In this document: piece by piece, positions 46,986 through 64,000 of the stretch | Numbering within the stretch: the stretch's first letter is position 1 | Layout of the letters: every line of letters starts with the position of its first letter | From: the human T2T-CHM13v2.0 reference genome, Homo sapiens | NCBI RefSeq assembly: GCF_009914755.1 | Contig: NC_060943.1 | DNA length: 64,000 bases | Reading direction: 5' to 3' (one strand) | Translations under genes and position numbers: made by a program | The notes under the pieces: model-generated | What the model was told of the DNA's origin: nothing | Database searches by the model: none | What the model saw: the letters and a program-made list of their open reading frames with translations, nothing else

Positions 46986-48506
46986 TTTAAGACACTATAG
47001 AAGGATAACAATGTTTCAAATACTGTCTGTCTCTTTGCTGTTTTCTCATTTGTCAGTCATAACCATAGGAACTTTGATGTTTAACAGCATGTTCTGAACC
47101 CAGCACAGTGCATGGGAGAAGCCAATAACTTTAGGGCTTTTATTTTAAGCTTGGGGCACTTGGAGTTACTGGTGCTTATGGTGATAGTATGAAAGACACG
47201 AAAACGGAAGGCTTGCTTATGCTCCCATGACTGGCCACTGTGTGATCACAGTAAACTGGTTTGCATGCAAACTAACAGGAAATGTTTTAATCCAAAAGCT
47301 GCCATTATCTCCAAAAGTTTTCAGAGAAAACCTAGGAGATCGCTAGTTAGGTGACTAAGAATATAAACTGTAGACTAAACTTCAACCACTAAAACATTAA
47401 AAAAAAAGTGATAAATGTCTCCAAATCGTAATATCAATATGGAAAATAAATATTATTCCAAATGTACAGAGGTCATTTTATTGCTTTGCAACCTTTAACA
47501 TTCACACTTTAAAACAGAGGATTTTGCATGGAAATGTAAGTTGTGCTGTAAGTACATCCTAAATAAATTTTAAATTGCTCACTTACTATTCTCTTAAAAA
47601 TTTAATTTTTATGTTTGTTCTAGCAAATTACATATTTGCCACACTTTGTATAAAAACCTAACATTTTTCTTTTACAAAGAAACACCATGCTGATTTAATC
47701 CTCTCTTCGGTAGGCAGTGTATGTCTTTTATGTTAATTAGCCAATCTTAAAGTTGTATTCGTATGCAAACCTTCCAGTTAAAACCAATGTTTCAGTACAT
47801 GAAAAAATACCAATGCTCTCCTTAAAACCTACAACATACCTTGTGAATCACATGGCATGAAAACAACAGTGAGAAAACTGTAGCCATACCACAGAAAAAG
47901 AAGGACTGTGATGCATATATGGTTTGAATGCACATAAAAAGACAAAACTTAGATAATTAGGACATGAATGAAGCATTTCTCTTTAAATTCAGCAAGATTC
48001 AGCTTTGCAGCCTGGAAAAAATGTTCTCTTCACATGAAGAATCAATGTTATGTCTTTGCAATTGATATTTTCCATCTCTGACTTGAAGTTACAAACTAAC
48101 TTTAGCAGGAATGTTTATGACAAAATATGGAGCATCTGTTACACACTGAGCACTGTCATGTTTGTTTGCTATATTTATATATAAAAGCATCCACATGACT
48201 TATGAAGCTTCCCTAGTACTTACTGAAACAAATTGACTCAATAAATAAAATTTACTTATGTCACTTATAAAAAGGGAACAATAACTTAAGAAAAGTAAGC
48301 TTATATAGGGTTCTCCCATAGAAGCTAATGGAATGTTTTAACTAAATAAAATGTAACAATACAAAAATTGTGGAATTATATCTAAAAATAATTTTGTGTG
48401 CATGATGAAATTTTATAAAAAATATTCTTATAACTCAAATCAGCTCAGATAAATATTTCATAAACTATAAAACAAAAAAATAAGAAACAAAAAGATTGTG
48501 GGTCTA

Positions 48507-48862
<356 letters not shown>

Positions 48863-49842
48863 CTAAATGATAAGCTGTTAGATAGTGTAATAAACTGAAT
48901 ACAAAGCAGAGTATATACATTTGCTTTTAGCATTTTTGAGGATTTTTGTTTTCTAGTAAATTAGACATCTTATTAAAATGCTTTGTTTTGTTTCAATATT
49001 GCTCTTTTCTTCTGAAAACAGTTACAAACTTATATTCAAACACCCTTACTCCTTAAACCTGTTATATCTTTAGACTAATAGATGTGTATATTTAACTCTA
49101 TGTAAGTCAAAACTAAAACTCTATTGTGTGCTCTCAGGCAGAGGCCACGTGTTCAAAAAATACATAAAAAATTTTTGAAAATTATTCAGGACTCAGAAAT
49201 ATATCATTTTATTTACGCTTGTATATAATTTTTATGATGACCATAAAAATAACCATGTAGCCAATAATAATTTAACTGTACAACTTAGAATAACTAAGAC
49301 TGTAGAATTGAATTGTTTGTAATACAAAACATAAAAGCCAGAGGTTATAGCTACCTTATTTATCACAATGTGATCATTATATAATGTATGACTGTATTAA
49401 AATACGCCATATATGACATAAATATATACACATATTATGTAAACACAAAAACTAAGAAAAATAAATTTAAATGTAAAAAAATTTAACCTACAGGAACCAT
49501 ATTCTTTAACTTATTTGTAGTTTAAAGCCACTAAAAAAGAAGAATACTAGAGATGTTAGTCTATTATGTTACCAAATAGTGTATTGTAACCATCTTTTAA
49601 ATATACCCTTGAGTAAGGTGGAATAGGTTAAAATTAGTGGCATAATAACACTTTATTGAATGTATAACAGTATTTAACATTATAAATGTTGAATTGAAAA
49701 ATTAACACAATCCAAAACTTTAAAAAAAAGTGGTTTTATCACATAAAAGTACAATTAGTAAAATGACATACTAATTATTTTGATTTAATTTTAACTATAA
49801 GAATGATTTTCTCTCATAATAACGCATTAGAATATTACTTAG

Positions 49843-50145
49843 GGCTGGGCACAGTAGCTCACACCTATAATCACAGCACTTTGAGAAGCCAAGGCAGGCA
49901 GATCACTTGAGGTCAAGAATTCAAGAACAGCCTGGCCAACATGGTGAAACCTTGTTTTACTAAAATAGAAATATTAGCTGGATGTGGTCAGGGGCAACTG
50001 TAATCTCAGCTACTTGGGAGGTGGAGACAGGAGCATAGCTTGAACCTGGGAGGAGGAGCTTATAGTGAGCCGAGATTATGCCACTGCACTCCAGCCTGGG
50101 CAACAGAGTGAGATTCCCTCTCAAAAAAAAAAAAAAAAAAAAAAA
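49843..50145 (+). mobile_element. Alu (S/J)
   Basis: Full dimer. TSD agaatattact. Confidence 0.9.
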
Positions 50146-50408
50146 GAATATTACTCGGAATGCCCTACATCACTCAATTCTGTAAGTTAACCACAAACAG
50201 CCTTTCCACTTAAATTTTCATCATGCATCTTACATTTCAATGTCCTTAGTCATCCATAAGGTAATAAATAACGACCGCCTAATAAAGTCTCCCAAATCTT
50301 TGATGCAGAATTGATCACATTTTTTTTACATGTGAATACAACAGAAATGAAAAAAAAGCGTGAAGTAATTTAAGAGTTGAATTCCATCATTATTCAGTTT
50401 CCAAATAA

Positions 50409-50706
<298 letters not shown>

Positions 50707-50879
50707 AAAAAAAAATCTGTATTTTCAAGACAAAAGTGTACTTTAAATGAAATTATAACTCTTCAAAGATCTACTTCTTTTAAAGTTACATACAAATAAT
50801 TTTTTTTTACCAACTTTAGTTTTGGATTTTTTCCTATACTCAGCAATCTGATTAAGTGTAATGTCCGAAGTTTGAGACA

Positions 50880-53627
<2,748 letters not shown>

Positions 53628-54559
53628 CTATAAAATTATTCAAACTACATAAGCAAGATGACACTGCAGTATGACACAGGCCCTAATTCTTCACAGACAT
53701 ATAAATGTAATAAAAGCATACAGACCAAAATACATATGTAGATAATTTATACATGAGTTAAGTGTGTACAGTGTCTGAATTAAGCCCAATGCAAAGAGCC
53801 ACATAGAAAAAAAGAAAAGTTTGTTAAATTTACCCAATCAACTCTTTCTGCTCCTCAATATTACCTAGTCCCTTCAGAAGTAAATTGTCAACTTCTGTTT
53901 TTTTTTCTAAAGGCAAGTAAAATATTGGCACATACAATTTAATTTCTGTCTTCTATGGGCCTTTCCACACACTGGTTTCTGTCTCCCATGACATAAAGTG
54001 CTGAAAGATATGGTGGTATACTTAGAAATGACAGTTTGAGTCTGTTGAGACCAAAGATAAATACAATGCAGCAGAGCACTGCAGTGCTGCAAAGAGAGAA
54101 AAGGTGTAACAAGTAACTACTTTTCAGAAGAAACATAAATAATCTCTTTTAACTAAAGGTAAGCACAAAATTTCAGACAAGACAAATCTGAAGATGTTTG
54201 AGAGACCCACATAATCTCTAGCCAAGACCATTGTTTTCTGACTACACCAGGACAAAGCTATATTATAAATTTTTAAATGTCCAAATCTCAAAGATTACAA
54301 TCTATACAAAATAGGGCAATATAATCCCATCAAAAATATTATAAAATTTTCAGAAAGAAACCATTAAAAATGTATATACTAATTTTAAAGATTGAATAAT
54401 ACTCTGAGTGAAATAGGAACACAAAAGACTATAGAAAATCAGAAAAATGAGGATAAGAACAAAAATATCTACATTGTGGTGATAAAAAATACAAAAAGAA
54501 ATAACTGATTCTAAAATTAAGATAAAATAATGTAAAAATAAAAAACAAGATCAAAAAGC

Positions 54560-54935
54560 AAATTAGGATACACACAAATACATTTATAACAAAAACATAT
54601 TTATAATCACAATTTGAACAGTTACAGACAAAAAGAGAATCTTAGGAGCTGCAAGATAAAAGTGATTTGCAAACATAGTCTTATGAGATAACCAGTGAAT
54701 TGTCAACAAAAGATTTACAGGCCAGAAGAGAACTGTGTGAGATAGTCAAAGTCCTAAAAAAAAAAAAAAAATAGCTATCAAGTGAGAATAATACCAAATC
54801 AGCAAATCTGTCCTAATAGAAAAAAAACCTTTCAAAATAATCAAATTCACAAAAAGTATATCGGCACTGCATATGTCTTCCATAGGAAAGATGCTGAAAG
54901 CAGTTCTTACCACTGAAAATAACGTAACATAAAAA
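54560..54935 (+). mobile_element. Old L1M ORF1 remnant (intronic)
   Basis: aaagagaatcttaggagctgcaag...ttacaggccagaagagaactg resembles the L1 ORF1 C-terminal half. Confidence 0.6.
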
Positions 54936-54945
54936 AACAACACCT

Positions 54946-60465
<5,520 letters not shown>

Positions 60466-60729
60466 TCAAAACAGAATATTAACAAGGAAACGGACTACTT
60501 AAAGGTGGTATAAAACAACTATTTCTGACAGAGGTATAGACAGCACTCCTCAACATCGGGATATACACCCTTCTCAATAGCTCATACAACATATTTCTTG
60601 ATAGACCACCTCTTAGGCCAAAAAAGAAGTCTTACCAAATTTTTTAAAACTGAAATTTTATGAATTATTTTCTATGACTAAACTCAAATGCAAGTATACA
60701 ATAATAGAAAAAAATTGAAAAAAAAATAT

Positions 60730-61088
<359 letters not shown>

Positions 61089-63755
61089 TTAACAAAACAC
61101 TCAAGCATGCTCTTATGCAAATGTTGTAATAGTTAACATTGTAAAGATGTTCATCCTGGTCAATGTAATCTACAAATTTAATGAAATGTTTTTCAAATTT
61201 CTCATTGCATTTTTGAAGAAATAGAAACAGTAACCCCAAAAGTATATAGAATTTCAAAAGACAATAAAGTTCCCAACAATCTTAAAATAATAATAATAAT
61301 AATAAAGCAATATTGCAGGCATTAAAGTTCCTGATTTCAAAAGACATTCCAAGCTACAGAATTAAAACAATCTGGTATAAGGATGAAAAATTAGACTAAT
61401 GAAATAGAATGCAACACATATATATACTTTAACATGTATGGTCATATGAGGAGTCATTTACATAGCAATAATTATTACTGTAAGCTAATAGGTAAAGGCA
61501 ATGCAAATTTCTGTCACCAAATCATTCAGTAAATATAATCTGAAATATAAAAATACTGGAATATCACTCAGTTTTCAAAAAGCAGAAAATGTTCTACCAA
61601 TTATAAAGATAAATCTTGATAACATTATGCAAAATGAAATGAGTCAGCTGCAAAAAGACAAAGATTATATGAGATATATAGCTATAAAGCATTTACACTC
61701 TTAGAAGCAGATAAAAAGAAAAAGGTGCCCTATTTGCTTAACCCCCAACAGCAAGAAAGTCTGTCAGTCATCCATGACAAAAATGTCTTAATGAGAGAAC
61801 CAGGCAGCATGGTTAATATCTGTAATGACAGCTACATGGTACAGTAAGGTTGAAGAATTGCTTCAGGCCAAAATTTTAAGACCAACCTGGGTTATGCAGT
61901 GAGACCCCATCTCAAAAATAAGTGCCTTTAAGAGAGCTTTGAGATCCAGGGAGGCAATTGTGAAACTTTGCTAAAGCCCAAGATTGAGGAGCACCCTTTT
62001 CAGAAGGCAAGCTTTCATTCAGGTGGCAAACTACAGGACCCCTGCTCTTGACTACAGACCAGAAAATGTCCCACCCAACTTGGTCCCACTGAAAATTTTG
62101 AACTTACTCTGTAATCATCCCAAACTCCTCCCAGCCACAGTCTGTGAGAGGTCTTGGGTCTTCCAGAGGCCTGGAGAGTGATACCCATTTAGAGCAATGC
62201 TGGCAGGCCTGCAGACCTTGGTCCCAATAGCAGTTCCAAGACTCAGTTCCAGCTTCCTAAGCCACAGTTCATGGCCAGTTCTGCCTATGTAGAAATCCAC
62301 AGTGACCTCAGAAATCCTCTCTGGTACTCAGTGAAAGCCATACTAATCCACATCCTAATATAAAGCCCACCATATGCAGACCTGACTGCAGAAACCTGCC
62401 CTAGCATCTACCCTACTGAGCAAAGTCCTGAAGGATATTTACTCTGTCCAAAAATAAAATGGGAATTACAACTACCCAAGCCCCTTGTAATAAGCTAACC
62501 CTAGTGCAGAGCCAGCAGCCTTGTGACCAAGCTACAACCCCACTCTACTACAAACCCAGAGGGCATTCTATCACGCTGGAGGCCCAACAAAAGATTTTTA
62601 CCCTCTGAAACCAGTTTATAAAAACTTTAAGAGGTGTTTGCGCCTTCAAATTGAGACACCAATGGAAAAGTATATTGTGCCCATTGTCAATGCTTCTATT
62701 TTAACACAGCACTTGACGTATGTGGAAGAAAAATTAGTCAAAAAAATTTTAAAGTCATTGAAATTGAAGACAAATAAGTAAAACATTGCTGCTTGTAGAT
62801 CATGCAGTGTTCTCTATAAAAAAAACCATAAACAGTACATTAAAACCTTTTAAAATACACTCAGTAAATTAGCAAAATATAAAATTAACATATAAGTTAT
62901 GATTCCATACACTTAAACTATCTGATAAAATAGAGGAAGAAAACAATCTTATTTACAATAGCACTAAAATAATAAATATCCGAGAACAAATTTAACCGAG
63001 GAGCTGAAAAACTTTTCAAGTGAAAGATTTATCAATGAAAAATGAGAGAACACAAATAAATTGAAATATATTTTGTCTATCGATTCAAAGAATAAATGTT
63101 AAAATGCCATATTATCCAAAGTGGTCTCTAGATTCAATAAACTCTCTATCAATATTCCAGTGGTTTTTTTTCACAGTAATGAAAAATACAATCATAAAAT
63201 TTACATGAAACTACAAGAAACTGTGAATAGCCAAGGAAATCTTGAGGAAAAAGAAAAAAGCAGGACAACATACTTTATAATTTCAAACTATATTTCAAGA
63301 CTATAGTAATAAAAACAGGATGAAATGTACAGAAAAATGAACAAAAAACACCCAATGATACAGAAACCACTACTCTCACATATTTCAGAGATGATGGAAA
63401 AAGAGAACTTAAAAGATAGTTTAACATGGAGTACCTTAAAATTATGGAAATATCTGTGTCCACAAAAACAAAAACAAAAAAACTCAGATTGTGCACTCTC
63501 TTGTATGCCATGAACAGTACTTTGGCTGTCACTGTAAACTTGAAGGAAGATTACTGAAGGGAAAAAATAATTCTTAGAAATTTTAAAAGCATAAGACAGA
63601 AGATGCCACTGTGTGAGAGAAAATTAAAAAATAAAAATAAAAATTAGGCTTTCCAGAAACTATTTCTTTTGGAACACAGCTTCCCATATCACTTTAAGGA
63701 CTGGCTTTCTCCTTGACTTTGGACCTCTCATCCATGTTGTCTGTATTCATTCTCA

Positions 63756-63890
<135 letters not shown>

Positions 63891-64000
63891 TCATATTCTC
63901 CAATTAACAACTTAGTAATGTGCTCAGTAAAGAGGATGTGATAGAATATTCTAATACATTTATCCCAAAATACTAAATTACAACAGAAATTTCTAAATAT

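Overview
Human genomic DNA, most likely the 19p12 ZNF91-type KRAB zinc-finger cluster (the human-specific SVA_F1 and the KRAB-ZNF protein, recognised from memory as ZNF728, point there). Layout: 1-590 ERV1 internal fragment; 600-15470 a hierarchical 35-38-bp beta-satellite-like array, interrupted by a 3.85-kb MAST2-SVA (SVA_F1) and a 5'-inverted L1PA3/4 fragment; 15500-22100 Alu/L1M-rich DNA with a solo LTR; 22128-36500 a degenerate ERV1 provirus (5' LTR, tRNA-Gly PBS, gag/pol remnants, no 3' LTR) containing a full-length dead L1PA6-like element; 36900-38120 an old L1M carrying two small insertions (an apparent retrocopy of a spliced TE-exon transcript and a probable SVA2 3' end); 51921-63856 the last two coding exons of the minus-strand ZNF728 gene, with an intronic L1PA7-like element. 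The only credible host protein-coding gene is ZNF728. I found no convincing wholly new biological system. The most notable observations are the three-level satellite architecture, the long-VNTR SVA_F1, the putative lncRNA retrocopy and the fossil zinc fingers. All repeat subfamily names are from recall, not database searches.
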